This document shows, in pieces, positions 15,966 to 26,681 of a DNA stretch of 38,253 nt. The position numbers and the translations under genes were made by a program. The stretch's first letter is position 1. Each line of letters begins with the position of its first letter. This DNA is from a virus. The notes under the pieces were generated by a model. That model saw nothing but the letters and a program-made list of their open reading frames with translations, made no database searches and was not told the DNA's origin. The stretch lies in the UHGV virus genome UHGV-0117864; one strand, written 5' to 3'.

Positions 15966-16638
15966 TTTTTATCAGTTGACTAATCAGGATGAAAACAATG
16001 CTGAATTATATATTTATGGAGATATCACCTCATATAAGTGGTATGAAGATGAGGTGTGCGCCTATGACATGGCAAAAGAACTTGCACAGCTTGGTGAAAA
16101 AGACTTATCTGTAAGAATCAATTCCTATGGCGGTGAAGTAGCTCAGGGACTTGCTATTTACAATCTTTTAAAGAATTACAAGGGAACTGTTACAACATTG
16201 TGTGACGGCTTTGCATGCAGTGCAGCATCGGTTATCTTTATGGCTGGAACTGAAAGAAAAATGCCACGGTCAAGTCTGCTTATGATCCACAATGCATGGA
16301 CTTATGCAGCAGGTGATTCAAATGCATTAAGAAAAGCTGCTGATGATATAGAGAAAATCACTCAGCCTTCTGTTGAAATCTATAAATTATGTTCCAGTCT
16401 CAGCGAGGAACAGATTAAAGAGATGATGGACCGTGAGGAATGGATAACAGCAGACGAAGCACTCAGTTATGGTTTTGCAACTGAAATCGTAGAGGACACA
16501 GTCAAACAGTCACTGCACGACGGTATACTAGCAAAACTCGTACTTAAGAATAAAGAACTTGAAAAACAGTTGAACAATACTCAGCCATTACAGAAAAAAG
16601 GCTGGTTTTTTAAATGTCAAAAAACAGAGGAGGAATAG
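15946..16638 (+). CDS. ClpP-type head maturation protease
   Basis: VRINSYGGEV, DGFACSAASVIFMAG, LMIHNAW, EEWITADEA. Confidence 0.95.
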   Translation: MMKMKNNFYQLTNQDENNAELYIYGDITSYKWYEDEVCAYDMAKELAQLGEKDLSVRINSYGGEVAQGLAIYNLLKNYKGTVTTLCDGFACSAASVIFMAGTERKMPRSSLLMIHNAWTYAAGDSNALRKAADDIEKITQPSVEIYKLCSSLSEEQIKEMMDREEWITADEALSYGFATEIVEDTVKQSLHDGILAKLVLKNKELEKQLNNTQPLQKKGWFFKCQKTEEE

Positions 16639-16642
16639 ATAA

Positions 16643-17875
16643 ATGACATTAGCAGTTATGAATCAAAAAAGAGCAGAGATTTTAACGAAAATGGTTGAAG
16701 CTATGCATAACGAGGACAGTGATGCATACACCAGCTGTTTAAATGAGCTTGCTCAAAATATCGAAGAGAACATTTTAGAAAGAGCTAATGAGTTAGCTGG
16801 TAATAATGATGCTCAGATTCTTGCACAGAGAGGAGTAAGACAGCTTACATCATCTGAAAAGAAATATTATGAAAAGCTGGCAGAGGCATTTAGAGCATCG
16901 GATACTAAACAGGCATTAACAAATCCTGAACTTGTTATGCCGGAAACAGTTATTAATTCAGTGTTTGAAGATTTAAGAACTCAGCATCCACTGCTTGAAA
17001 AAATCAATTTTCAAAATACTATGGGAATGATCAAATTCCTTGTCAACAAAAATGGATATGTTAAAGCGGTATGGGGAAAATTAACAGATAAAATCACTAA
17101 GGAGCTGGAAAGTTCTTTCAGTGAAGTTGATATGACATTTTTGAAATTATCTGCTTTTATTCCAGTGTCACAGGCAATGCTTGATTTAGGACCATCATGG
17201 CTTGATACATATGTTAGAGAAATCATGTATGAAGCATTAGCAAACGGACTTGAAGATGGAATCATCAATTCATTGAGAACAGACCAGGGTCCAATAGGGA
17301 TGATTGCTAATCTGACATCAGGAAGCGCACAAAGCGGATATGTTCAATATACAGCTAAATCAGCAACCGTTATTAAAGATTTTCAGCCGGCAACATTAGG
17401 TGCAGAAATCGCAAAATTAGCAGTTGATGACAACAACAAAACACGAACCATCAGAGATGTAATTTATATCGTAAATCCTGTTGACTATTTTACAAAAGTA
17501 TTCCCAGCTACAACAGTAATGGGTGGCGATGGCACCTACAGAAATGATGTTCTTCCTTACCCGATGACTATCATTCAGTCACCGGCAGTTGCTTCAGGAA
17601 AAGCTGTTCTAGGATTAGGATACAGATATTTTGCGGGTATCGGTATGAGTTCAAAGGACGGTAAACTTGAATTTGATGACAGTTGCCAGTTCCTTGAAGA
17701 CAACAGGGTATACAAAATCAAATTGTACGGAAACGGTATGCCTATGGATAACAATGCATTCCAGTACCATGATATCAGTCAGTTGAAACCAGCGGTTGTA
17801 AAAGTCGAAGTAACTAATACCGATCCAATCACTACAACGGTAGAGGGTACAGTAAAAACTCAGGCGGCAGGATAG
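16643..17875 (+). CDS. Major capsid protein (HK97 fold)
   Basis: Coiled-coil delta domain; MPETVIN.VFEDL...HPLL; KLSAFIPVS.AMLDLGP.WL. Confidence 0.93.
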   Translation: MTLAVMNQKRAEILTKMVEAMHNEDSDAYTSCLNELAQNIEENILERANELAGNNDAQILAQRGVRQLTSSEKKYYEKLAEAFRASDTKQALTNPELVMPETVINSVFEDLRTQHPLLEKINFQNTMGMIKFLVNKNGYVKAVWGKLTDKITKELESSFSEVDMTFLKLSAFIPVSQAMLDLGPSWLDTYVREIMYEALANGLEDGIINSLRTDQGPIGMIANLTSGSAQSGYVQYTAKSATVIKDFQPATLGAEIAKLAVDDNNKTRTIRDVIYIVNPVDYFTKVFPATTVMGGDGTYRNDVLPYPMTIIQSPAVASGKAVLGLGYRYFAGIGMSSKDGKLEFDDSCQFLEDNRVYKIKLYGNGMPMDNNAFQYHDISQLKPAVVKVEVTNTDPITTTVEGTVKTQAAG

Positions 17876-17884
17876 AGACTCTGT

Positions 17885-18178
17885 ATGGAAGAGGAACTGT
17901 TAGAACTGACAAAGGATTTTCTCGGGCTGGCATGGATTGATGAATCAGCGGAAAAAAAGCTGAAAATCATTATTTCTAACTCCGTAGCTGATCTTGATGA
18001 AAAGAGCGGAGTTAATAATATTTATACGGAACCAGGAAAAGCGCAGCGCCTTTTCCTGAACCGTGTAATGTATGAACGTGCAAACGCTCTTGATGATTTC
18101 TATGTAAATTACAGAAAAGAAATCATAGCATTTATCAATAAGGCAAAGGTGAGAAAATATGCTGGCAAGCAGGAATAA
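17885..18178 (+). CDS. Head-tail connector (gp6-like)
   Basis: Position and size; LFLNRVMYERANALDDF..NY. Confidence 0.8.
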   Translation: MEEELLELTKDFLGLAWIDESAEKKLKIIISNSVADLDEKSGVNNIYTEPGKAQRLFLNRVMYERANALDDFYVNYRKEIIAFINKAKVRKYAGKQE

Positions 18179-18542
18179 AGCACAAAATGAGCAGTTTAAT
18201 GATGGCGTAATAAATGTTTTAGAAGCTGAGGATGGTATCATCAAAAAAAATCTATTTAATGAGATATCTTTTGGAAACAGGACATTCGGAGTCAAAAGAT
18301 TTATGGATGCAAAAGTATCTGGAAATACGATAGAAAGAATGATATCAGTACCGATGGAGTGTGTAGATGTGTTTGAACGCAGCAATATTATCGAGACAAG
18401 AGACTACAGAACAGGAAAGAAAGGACTGTATGAGATTGTTTTAAAACAGCCGAAGTATGACACCGCACCACCGAGCATATATATCACCCTGAAAGGAACA
18501 GATATAAAATATGTCGATAAAAGAAATAATCAACAGACTTGA
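18159..18542 (+). CDS. Head closure protein
   Basis: FNDGV...F..RT.GV.RF..A; synteny. Confidence 0.7.
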   Translation: MLASRNKAQNEQFNDGVINVLEAEDGIIKKNLFNEISFGNRTFGVKRFMDAKVSGNTIERMISVPMECVDVFERSNIIETRDYRTGKKGLYEIVLKQPKYDTAPPSIYITLKGTDIKYVDKRNNQQT

Positions 18543-18825
18543 AAATTATACTGTTCAGTGCAGATTCAGTCATTTCAGCAAAGAGGTAGCACCTCCGTTT
18601 ATGGTATATCTCGTACCTGATAGTGATAATTTCAATGCAGACAATAAAGTTTATTACAGTACTAAAAATGTTCAACTGGAATTATACACAAGGGAAAATA
18701 CTCTTGTGGAGGAAGAAAAACTGGAATCATACTTCGATAACTGCGGTATCATCTGGAATAAATCATCACAGTCATGGCTCGATGAAGAAAAGGTAATGAT
18801 GACAGTCTATAGTCTATATGGCTAA
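18511..18825 (+). CDS. Tail completion/terminator-like protein
   Basis: PPFMVY..P.S.NF.ADN.VY...VQLELYT; synteny. Confidence 0.7.
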   Translation: MSIKEIINRLENYTVQCRFSHFSKEVAPPFMVYLVPDSDNFNADNKVYYSTKNVQLELYTRENTLVEEEKLESYFDNCGIIWNKSSQSWLDEEKVMMTVYSLYG

Positions 18826-19222
18826 AAAAATCAAAGTCAGTCAGCTTGAAAAAGCAATCATGAACTGTCTTGAGACATACAGTGATGAAGTGACCACCGC
18901 AGCAAAAAGTGCTGTAGATGAAATTTCCGATGAGGCATTGAAAATAGTTAAGGATCATGCTCCAACTGATAAAAGAAAAATCAAGAGAAAAGGAAAATAT
19001 AAACGCTCATTAAAAACACGTACAATGTATGAAAGTGTTACTGAAAAGAAAAATGTTATATATGCCAGTGGTGACGAATATCGGCTTACTCATCTGCTAG
19101 AAAACGGTCATGCACTGACAAAGGGCGGAAGAACTGCCCCGCAGCCGCACTTCAAATACGGCGATGATTATATAAATAAAGAACTGTTAAAAAGAACAAT
19201 AAAAAAAATAGGAGGAAAATAG
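18818..19222 (+). CDS. HK97 gp10-family protein
   Basis: YRLTHLLENGHA..GGR...PH. Confidence 0.88.
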   Translation: MAKKIKVSQLEKAIMNCLETYSDEVTTAAKSAVDEISDEALKIVKDHAPTDKRKIKRKGKYKRSLKTRTMYESVTEKKNVIYASGDEYRLTHLLENGHALTKGGRTAPQPHFKYGDDYINKELLKRTIKKIGGK

Positions 19223-19795
19223 ATGTCTGAAGAAAACAAAGTAAGATTTGGACTGTCAAACGTCCATGTAGGTACAGTAACTTTAAGTGATGGTACTCCA
19301 TCGTTCAGTATCCCAAAAAAATATCCCGGAGCAGTAAACCTTACAATGGATGCAGAAGGTGAAACAAATACATTCCACGCTGATAATACAGCATATTATG
19401 TTACTAATACAAATAACGGTTATACTGGAGAGCTGGAAATGGCAGAAGTTCCAGACTGGTTTGAAACGGAATATCTTGGTGCTGTAGCTTCGCAGGAAGG
19501 GCTGGTTGTGGAAATTTCAAACCCGGTACAGAAATTAGCATATTTCATGTTCCAGTTTGAAGGAGATAAAAACGCAACAAAATATATTATTTACAATACA
19601 ACTTTTAGCAGACCTTCGATTGAAGGAAATACAAAAGAGGATACACTTGAGCCAAATACGACCACAATTCCGTTTACATCAGTTCCGCTGGTAACAGAGT
19701 TTGGTAATATCGTAAAATCCAGAGTTCCAGTATCTTCAGAAAAATATGCTGCCTTTTTTACAACTGCTCCAACTGTTCCAACGAAAGGAGAATAA
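19223..19795 (+). CDS. Major tail protein (phi13-type)
   Basis: NKVRFGLSNVH; FHADN..YY...NNGY.G.LE; F.F.FEGD; YN.T..RP. Confidence 0.92.
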   Translation: MSEENKVRFGLSNVHVGTVTLSDGTPSFSIPKKYPGAVNLTMDAEGETNTFHADNTAYYVTNTNNGYTGELEMAEVPDWFETEYLGAVASQEGLVVEISNPVQKLAYFMFQFEGDKNATKYIIYNTTFSRPSIEGNTKEDTLEPNTTTIPFTSVPLVTEFGNIVKSRVPVSSEKYAAFFTTAPTVPTKGE

Positions 19796-19801
19796 AAAGA
19801 G

Positions 19802-20164
19802 ATGTATAAAGTAATAAAAATTGAAGATAAACAGATTCCCATGATGTCAAATGGCGGTACTTTAAGAGAGTATCGCCATTTTTTTAAGAGAGATATGCTT
19901 ACGGACATTCTCAAAATGGAAACAGCATTTAAAAATCAAAAGTTTGATGATATTGAAGTTGCAGAAATTTTAGAAAATATTGCGTGGGTACTTGCTTATA
20001 AGGCGAATCCAAAAATCGAACCTGTTTCTGAATGGCTTGAACAGTTTAAAAGTCCATTTGCGGTTATTTCGTCTTATGAAGACATTCAGGAACTTTTAAG
20101 CGATTCAAATACTCCAACTGTAAAACCAAAAAAAAACAATCGAATGAAAAAGAAGAACCGGTAA
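19802..20164 (+). CDS. Tail assembly chaperone (gpG-like)
   Basis: Y...F.RD...D; IAW..A..A.P.I....EWL..F; ends just after an A9 slippery run. Confidence 0.85.
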   Translation: MYKVIKIEDKQIPMMSNGGTLREYRHFFKRDMLTDILKMETAFKNQKFDDIEVAEILENIAWVLAYKANPKIEPVSEWLEQFKSPFAVISSYEDIQELLSDSNTPTVKPKKNNRMKKKNR

Positions 20165-20343
20165 CGTTTCAAAAACTGATGATTGCATGCCTGAGAATAG
20201 GACTAAGTACATACGACATATATAGAAGTGATGTTGGTGAACTTTTGGATATCATCATCACTTTTAATAATGTAAATGATGCAGATCAATCTGATTCTAG
20301 AAAGGTACGTCAGGCAACTCAGCGTGACTTTGACAGATTTTAA
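20137..20343 (+). CDS. -1 frameshift extension of the tail chaperone (gpGT-like)
   Basis: CCA AAA AAA AAC at 20126-20137; the -1 frame is open: QSNEKEEPVTFQKLMIACLRIGLS...VRQATQRDFDRF*. Confidence 0.85.
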   Translation, partial: QSNEKEEPVTFQKLMIACLRIGLSTYDIYRSDVGELLDIIITFNNVNDADQSDSRKVRQATQRDFDRF

Positions 20344-20358
20344 TGAAAGGAGGAAGTT

Positions 20359-23091
20359 ATGGCCAAAAGTAAATTACAAGGTATTACACTTGAAATCGGC
20401 GGTGATACTACCGCACTTTCAAAAGCATTAAAAAAACCAAATACCGAAGCATATGAATTACAGGGAAAACTTAAAGCAGTAAATCAGGCTCTAAAAGTAG
20501 ATCCTACAAATATCGAATTACTTGCTAAGAAACAAAGGGTACTAGGTGAAGCTGTCGACAAAAATAAAGAAAAACTCAATATGCTAAAAGAAGCACAGCA
20601 GCAGTTTATAGACAGTGGCAAGAACATTGACAGTGCTGAATACATAGAGCTGGAAAGACAGATCAAAAATACTGAACAGACTATAAAAAGACTTAGTGAA
20701 CAGCAAAATGTATTTAGTGAAAAGGTACAGGCTTTTGGAATCAAAGCTGAAAAAATGGGAACTAACCTCGAAAATGCCGGAAAGAAACTAACACCGCTCA
20801 GCATAGGTCTTGCCGGTGTCGGTGGTGCAGCTACAAAAGTTGCAATAAATTTCGAAGATGCTATGTCTCAGGCAGCAGGGGCTTTAGATATTCCTGTTGG
20901 AAAGATGAATGATTTGCGCGAACTTGCAATTCAGGTAGGACAGGATACTATCTTTTCAGCCAGTGAAGCCGGTCAGGCAATGACAGAACTTGCAAAAGGC
21001 GGGTTGAGTGCAGCTGATATAAAAGGCGGAGCGCTGGTTGCTACAATGGATCTTGCAGCATCATCACAAATGGATCTTGCCAATTCAGCGAATGTTGTGG
21101 TACAGGCTATGGGGGCTTTTGGATTAACCGCCGAAGATGTATCAGTAGCTGTAAATGCACTTGCTGGTGCTGCGGCAGCCTCATCAACTGACGTTGAGCC
21201 GCTTACTCAAGGTCTTGCTCAATGCTCTGCTCAGGCAAACAATGCCGGATGGTCCATTCAGGAAACAACAGCAGTACTTGGAAAATTTGCTGATGCCGGT
21301 ATTGTAGGTTCAGATGCAGGTACGTCATTAAAGACTATGCTTCAAAGGCTTGCTGCTCCTAGTTCAGACAAAGCGGCAGAAAAGATTGAACAGCTGGGAA
21401 TCAAAACGAGAGATTCAAGTGGAGAAATGCTAGGAGCTACTGAAATTGCTCAAGAACTTCAAAATAAACTAGGCGGGCTTGATGCAGCAACACGTGATGC
21501 TGCACTGCAAACCATTTTCGGCAGTGATGCGATGCGTGCTGCTACCGTTTTAATGAACAGCGGTGCAGAAGGACTTAAAAAATATACTGATGCAACAAAT
21601 GATCAGGAGGCAGCTTCCAGACTTGCTGATTCTCAAATGAGTGAGTATTCCCGTGCAATCGAGGAAATGAAAGGCTCTATCGAGACGGCTGCAATTGCAA
21701 TAGGTGGAACACTTGCCCCGATAGTTTCTGATGTTGCAAAAGTTATAACAGAGCTTGTGAACAAATTTTCTGCTTTGTCTCCGGCTACTCAAAAAGTTAT
21801 AACAGTAGTAGGTTTGATTGTGGCTGCACTCGCACCAGTCCTTATAATTGCCGGAAAAACTGCTCAGGGAATATCGAATATAATCAATCTTGGTACAAAG
21901 CTCGGACCGTCGTTTACCAAAGCATCAGGGATAATCAAAAGTGCTTTTGGCAGTATAGGAAAAGCAGTTTCGGGTGCTTTTAGTGCAATAACAGCACATC
22001 CTGTAATTGCAGCGATAACAGCAATTATTGCAGTTGTTGTTCTGCTCTATACAAAATGTGAATGGTTTAGAGATGCGGTCAATGGGGTAATAAAATCTGT
22101 TGTAAACTTTTTTCAGGGGCTTGTCGACAGTATAGCTCTTTTTTTTACTGAGACAATACCGCAGAAAATAGAAGAATTCGTCGCGTTCTTTCAGTCTATC
22201 CCAGAAAGAATTGGAGAGTTTGTTAATGGAATAGTTACCTGGTTCAATGAACTGCCTTATAAAATTGGATTTGCTGTTGGACAGATAGTAGGTCATATCG
22301 TTCAGTGGGGAATTAACCTTTCAAACTTTATGACAGTAACAGTTCCTCAATTTATAAACGGCATAGTAACCTGGTTCTCACAGCTACCCGGAAAAATATG
22401 GGAATGGCTTGTAAATGCATGGAATAACGTAATTCAATGGGGAACTAATACATACAACAGTGCCGTTGAGTGGATAAGTAAGACAGTAGACGGTATAATC
22501 AACTATTTCAGTCAGCTTCCAGAAAAAATGTGGAACTGGTTGTCGAATGCAGCAAATAAAATTGTTCAATGGGGACTGGAACTTTGGAACAAAGGAAAAG
22601 ACGCCGCAGGAAAACTTGTCAGTGCAGTAGTTGAAGGTGTTAGTTCACTTCCAGGTAAAATGCTTGATATCGGAAAAAATATTGTTGAGGGAATCTGGAA
22701 TGGAATAACAGGAATGGGAAACTGGCTCAAGGATAAGATATTTAGTTTTGCAGATGGCTTTTTGGGCGGTCTTATGAGTGCATTTGGAATACATTCACCG
22801 TCTAGACTTATGCGTGATCTTATCGGTAAAAACCTTGCTGCCGGTATCGGTGTTGGTATTGAAGAAAACAGCGAACTTGCATTAAAGCCTCTTAGTCAGC
22901 TGCAGAGAGAAATGACATCGTCATTTACACCAGATGTTAATGCAACAGTATCAAGGGCTCTATCTATGGATAGTAAGGCAGTAATAGAAATCCATAATAC
23001 TGTTCCACTTGATGGTAAGCCAATCTATCAGAATATTGAACGCAGGATGACAAAGCTACAGCATTCTAAACTGGTATTTAAGGGGGTATAG
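20359..23091 (+). CDS. Tape measure protein (TP901-type core)
   Basis: 910 aa; GITLEIGGDT start; FSASEAGQAM.ELAK.G; GSDAGTSLK; Trp/Phe-periodic repeats; FGIHSPSR. Confidence 0.96.
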   Translation: MAKSKLQGITLEIGGDTTALSKALKKPNTEAYELQGKLKAVNQALKVDPTNIELLAKKQRVLGEAVDKNKEKLNMLKEAQQQFIDSGKNIDSAEYIELERQIKNTEQTIKRLSEQQNVFSEKVQAFGIKAEKMGTNLENAGKKLTPLSIGLAGVGGAATKVAINFEDAMSQAAGALDIPVGKMNDLRELAIQVGQDTIFSASEAGQAMTELAKGGLSAADIKGGALVATMDLAASSQMDLANSANVVVQAMGAFGLTAEDVSVAVNALAGAAAASSTDVEPLTQGLAQCSAQANNAGWSIQETTAVLGKFADAGIVGSDAGTSLKTMLQRLAAPSSDKAAEKIEQLGIKTRDSSGEMLGATEIAQELQNKLGGLDAATRDAALQTIFGSDAMRAATVLMNSGAEGLKKYTDATNDQEAASRLADSQMSEYSRAIEEMKGSIETAAIAIGGTLAPIVSDVAKVITELVNKFSALSPATQKVITVVGLIVAALAPVLIIAGKTAQGISNIINLGTKLGPSFTKASGIIKSAFGSIGKAVSGAFSAITAHPVIAAITAIIAVVVLLYTKCEWFRDAVNGVIKSVVNFFQGLVDSIALFFTETIPQKIEEFVAFFQSIPERIGEFVNGIVTWFNELPYKIGFAVGQIVGHIVQWGINLSNFMTVTVPQFINGIVTWFSQLPGKIWEWLVNAWNNVIQWGTNTYNSAVEWISKTVDGIINYFSQLPEKMWNWLSNAANKIVQWGLELWNKGKDAAGKLVSAVVEGVSSLPGKMLDIGKNIVEGIWNGITGMGNWLKDKIFSFADGFLGGLMSAFGIHSPSRLMRDLIGKNLAAGIGVGIEENSELALKPLSQLQREMTSSFTPDVNATVSRALSMDSKAVIEIHNTVPLDGKPIYQNIERRMTKLQHSKLVFKGV

Positions 23092-23093
23092 AT

Positions 23094-23792
23094 ATGTACT
23101 ATATTTCACTGGATGATGTTACATCAGTTCAGATGGGACTTGCTGTAACAAAACGACCGGAGTTTCCAGCTCCGGTTAAAAACTACAAAGAATACAGTAT
23201 TCCGGGCAGAAACGGGAAACTTTATGAAGACATGGGCACATATGAAGATATACAGTTTGAAATCGAAATGAACTATATATCTTCTGAATACCAGTGGGGT
23301 ATTAAATGGCACGAGGTTAAAAGATGGCTGTTTAAAAGCGGACATAAAAGACTATCGTTCAGTGACTGCCCTGATATTTACTACCGTATAAAAAGAATAG
23401 AACTCAGTTCAAATGAACGCAGAGTGATAGAGAGCGGAGAGTTTACAGTTACCGTCACATGCGATGTATATGCTTATCTTAAGACAGGTTTAAAAGAATA
23501 CGATATAGAGGATATTCTTTTAAACCGCCATGACGAAGCCGAACCTGTATATATCTTAAAAGGTGAAGGAACATGTATTTTAAATGTTAACGGGAATGAG
23601 TGTAAATGCAATGTCGGTCAAAATCTTACAATAGATACTGTTTTAAAGGTATCATACCGGGAAGACGGCACTTTACAAAACAGTGCTATCAATGCTGATT
23701 ATGATGCTCTTATGCTTGTAGAAGGAAAAAACAGTATTACAATAACAGAAGGATTTGAGCTTAAAATAATACCAAACTGGAGGTACTTATAA
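23094..23792 (+). CDS. Distal tail protein (Dit)
   Basis: IPGRNG.L; L.FSD.PD.YY; IPNWRYL; follows the tape measure gene. Confidence 0.85.
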   Translation: MYYISLDDVTSVQMGLAVTKRPEFPAPVKNYKEYSIPGRNGKLYEDMGTYEDIQFEIEMNYISSEYQWGIKWHEVKRWLFKSGHKRLSFSDCPDIYYRIKRIELSSNERRVIESGEFTVTVTCDVYAYLKTGLKEYDIEDILLNRHDEAEPVYILKGEGTCILNVNGNECKCNVGQNLTIDTVLKVSYREDGTLQNSAINADYDALMLVEGKNSITITEGFELKIIPNWRYL

Positions 23793-25873
23793 TGATACAG
23801 GTTTACAGCCCTGAAAATGAAAACTATGATATGAATGGTGATGCGGTCATTGAAGCAGAAAGCTGCGAAATTGAGTTTGAGATGAACAGTGCATGGGAGC
23901 TTGAACTAACTGCACCATCTGAAAAAAATAAAGAGATACTCGTATATGAAGCAGTGATAAAAGTACCTACACCATATGGAAAACAGCTTTACCGTATCTA
24001 TAATGTGCAGAAAGATGATGACAGTATTACAGCATCTGCAAGACCTGTATTCATGGATGCAAAAGATGAAGTAATGGTGTGGGATACAAGACCGACAAAG
24101 GCTGATGGGCAGGGAGCTATGGATTCTATATTCGATCCTGAGGGGAAGTATCATGGCCATTCAGATATAAAACTAGTTTCAACTGCATACTGGCAGCAGA
24201 AAAATGCTGTTGAATGTCTAATGAGTGATGATGAGAACTCATTTCTTAACAGATGGGGAGGGGAAATTTATTTTGATAATTTTGATATCTACATAAACGA
24301 AAGAATTGGAAGCGATAATGGTCTGCGTGCTGAGTTTGGTTTCAATCTTACCGGTGTAGAAGAGAAAGTAGATATGAGCGAAGTAGTTACGATGATATTT
24401 CCTAAAGCGTACAACGGATATATGCTTCCAGATAACGAAAGCATAAACAGTCCACTCCTAAATAACTATCAGAAAAAATACAAACGAATAATTGAATATC
24501 CTGATATTAAATTATCTGCCGATGTTCAGGAAGGTGATGAGTTAAATGGTGTTACGGTATGCGATACACTGGAAGAACTATATTCAGCACTGAGAGAAAG
24601 AGCTGCAGAAGAGTATGAAGCGGGCATTGACCTTCCGAAGATTGCCTACAATGTTAGTATGATAGATCTCTCAAGAACTGATGAATATAAAGAGTATATT
24701 GGACTATTGAAAGTGGTATTGGGTGATAACGTTCATGTGAAACATCGAAAACTTGGTGTCGTTACGAATGCAAGAGTGATTAAAATGACCTATGACTGTA
24801 TAACCGAAAAAGTAGAAGGTCTGACGCTGGGAGATTATGAATCAAGCTATATTAATGATACAACGTCCATTATTTCTTCTGTTACAAATGCGATAAGTCC
24901 CGGAGGTACAGTTATAGCAGAAAAGATAAAAGGTGTAATAGATTTGCTTAATACATCACTAAGGGCGCAGAAAGACATTGCAAAAAAGCAGGATGTAAGA
25001 GCAATTCTGTTCGAGGACTTAGATGAAGAAAGCTCAACTTTTGGTGCACTCTGCATAGGGACTCAGGGAATTCAAATATCAAAAAAGAGAAACGAGACTG
25101 ATACTGACTGGAAATGGGGAACGGCTATAAACTTTGAAAGTATAGTTGCTGACTACATAATTACTGGTATTCTAAGTGACAGGAAGGGCAACAGTTACTG
25201 GGATATGGATAGAGGAGAGCTTGTAACAAGATATATGAAAGCAACTGATGCTGAGTTTTCAGGTACCGTAAAAGGTTCTAAAATCGAAGGCGGAGAAATA
25301 AACGGAAGCAGTATATCTACAAATAAGGATATTACGATAGGAAGAAATATATATTTTGCCGGCAACGGTGATTATGCCGCAATAATGGGTGGAAATACAG
25401 TGCTTAGATTTTTATCTTCAAATCCTCCTACTACTTCTGTAGACGGAACTAATATTCAGCTGTTGGCTTCAAATCATATTTTCCTTAGTGGTTCGAGTAT
25501 TTCTTCATCAGTTCCAATAAATGTCGGATCCGACATACGTTTAAAGAAAAATATCGATGATATAGATATATCCGCCCTTGTTGATGAAATAAAAATAAAA
25601 AGCTTTGATTATATAGGAAAAAGAAATAATGTTGTTGGTGTAATCGCAGATGATTTGAAAGACAGCAGATTTGCTGAGTACCTGATTACAAAAGATAAGG
25701 ATGGTTATTTGTCTGTAGATTATAATGCATTAGCAATGGCGTGCATTCAGAAGGTACAGAAACTTGATAAAAAAATAGAACTTTTAGAATCGGAATTAGT
25801 AAAAATGAGAAGTTTGGAGGTGGATAATCTTGGAAATAAAGATAAAAAGAAAGGAAGCCACGATAAGCAGTGA
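23792..25873 (+). CDS. Tail spike/Tal-like protein with C-terminal intramolecular chaperone (Peptidase S74-like)
   Basis: RWGGE..FDNF, GD.V.V.H..L; C-terminal SDIRLKKNI...GVIADD...SVDYNAL plus coiled coil. Confidence 0.85.
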   Translation: MIQVYSPENENYDMNGDAVIEAESCEIEFEMNSAWELELTAPSEKNKEILVYEAVIKVPTPYGKQLYRIYNVQKDDDSITASARPVFMDAKDEVMVWDTRPTKADGQGAMDSIFDPEGKYHGHSDIKLVSTAYWQQKNAVECLMSDDENSFLNRWGGEIYFDNFDIYINERIGSDNGLRAEFGFNLTGVEEKVDMSEVVTMIFPKAYNGYMLPDNESINSPLLNNYQKKYKRIIEYPDIKLSADVQEGDELNGVTVCDTLEELYSALRERAAEEYEAGIDLPKIAYNVSMIDLSRTDEYKEYIGLLKVVLGDNVHVKHRKLGVVTNARVIKMTYDCITEKVEGLTLGDYESSYINDTTSIISSVTNAISPGGTVIAEKIKGVIDLLNTSLRAQKDIAKKQDVRAILFEDLDEESSTFGALCIGTQGIQISKKRNETDTDWKWGTAINFESIVADYIITGILSDRKGNSYWDMDRGELVTRYMKATDAEFSGTVKGSKIEGGEINGSSISTNKDITIGRNIYFAGNGDYAAIMGGNTVLRFLSSNPPTTSVDGTNIQLLASNHIFLSGSSISSSVPINVGSDIRLKKNIDDIDISALVDEIKIKSFDYIGKRNNVVGVIADDLKDSRFAEYLITKDKDGYLSVDYNALAMACIQKVQKLDKKIELLESELVKMRSLEVDNLGNKDKKKGSHDKQ

Positions 25874-26672
25874 CACTATAGAAATACCGGCACAGGGCAG
25901 TGCAAATATTCCAGTTGTTTTGGAAAATGATTCATCGTACAGCAACTATATAAAAGAAGTCCACTGTGGATATTATTTAAATGGAGTATACTGCAAGATT
26001 ATACTGCCAATAGAAAACGAAAAATATCTAATACCGCTTGAAGCCTTCGAATCCAGTGGTCCATTATATCTTGCAGTTGCACTTGTGAATGTCAAAGAAA
26101 TAATAAAAACCAATCAGATTAACTTTGAAGTAAGAGCTGCTCCAAACGGAAAAGTGATACTGCCTACAGAAAACGAATGGCATATCCTTGTCAAAAATTA
26201 TATGGATAGTTTGTTTGAGAATGATTTTGGAGACCGATTTGATGAGATAGGTACAAATCTTGAGGAACTGGCAGCAGAGGCAGAAAAACAGCAGAATAAG
26301 GCGGCTGAACAACAGACTGCTTTAGATAATAAGCTCAATGAATTATCTTCGCTGGAAGAAACTGTAAGCAGGAATGAAACAGTTCGTCAAAAAAATGAGA
26401 CGAAGAGGCAAAATGATACTGCTAATGCAGTAAAAAAATGCAATGATACAGTTGATGAAATAAATACCAAACTTGAAAACGGTGATTTTATCGGTGCGGT
26501 TGGTGCAACCCCTAAAATTTCTATTGGAAATGTAACAACCGGCAATCCCGGTATAACAATACACGGAACACCTGAAGCTCCCGTATTGGATTTTACGATG
26601 CCGAGTGCCGGTGATCTAAGCTATGCAACTGATGCAGATATTGATGAAATGATTGTTGAAGTTTTTGGTTAG
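25830..26672 (+). CDS. Baseplate upper/tail fibre adaptor (BppU-like)
   Basis: GGAGG RBS, TTG start; beta-rich N-term, coiled coil, NGDFIG, LDFTMP. Confidence 0.65.
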   Translation: MEIKIKRKEATISSDTIEIPAQGSANIPVVLENDSSYSNYIKEVHCGYYLNGVYCKIILPIENEKYLIPLEAFESSGPLYLAVALVNVKEIIKTNQINFEVRAAPNGKVILPTENEWHILVKNYMDSLFENDFGDRFDEIGTNLEELAAEAEKQQNKAAEQQTALDNKLNELSSLEETVSRNETVRQKNETKRQNDTANAVKKCNDTVDEINTKLENGDFIGAVGATPKISIGNVTTGNPGITIHGTPEAPVLDFTMPSAGDLSYATDADIDEMIVEVFG

Positions 26673-26681
26673 GAGGCACAT

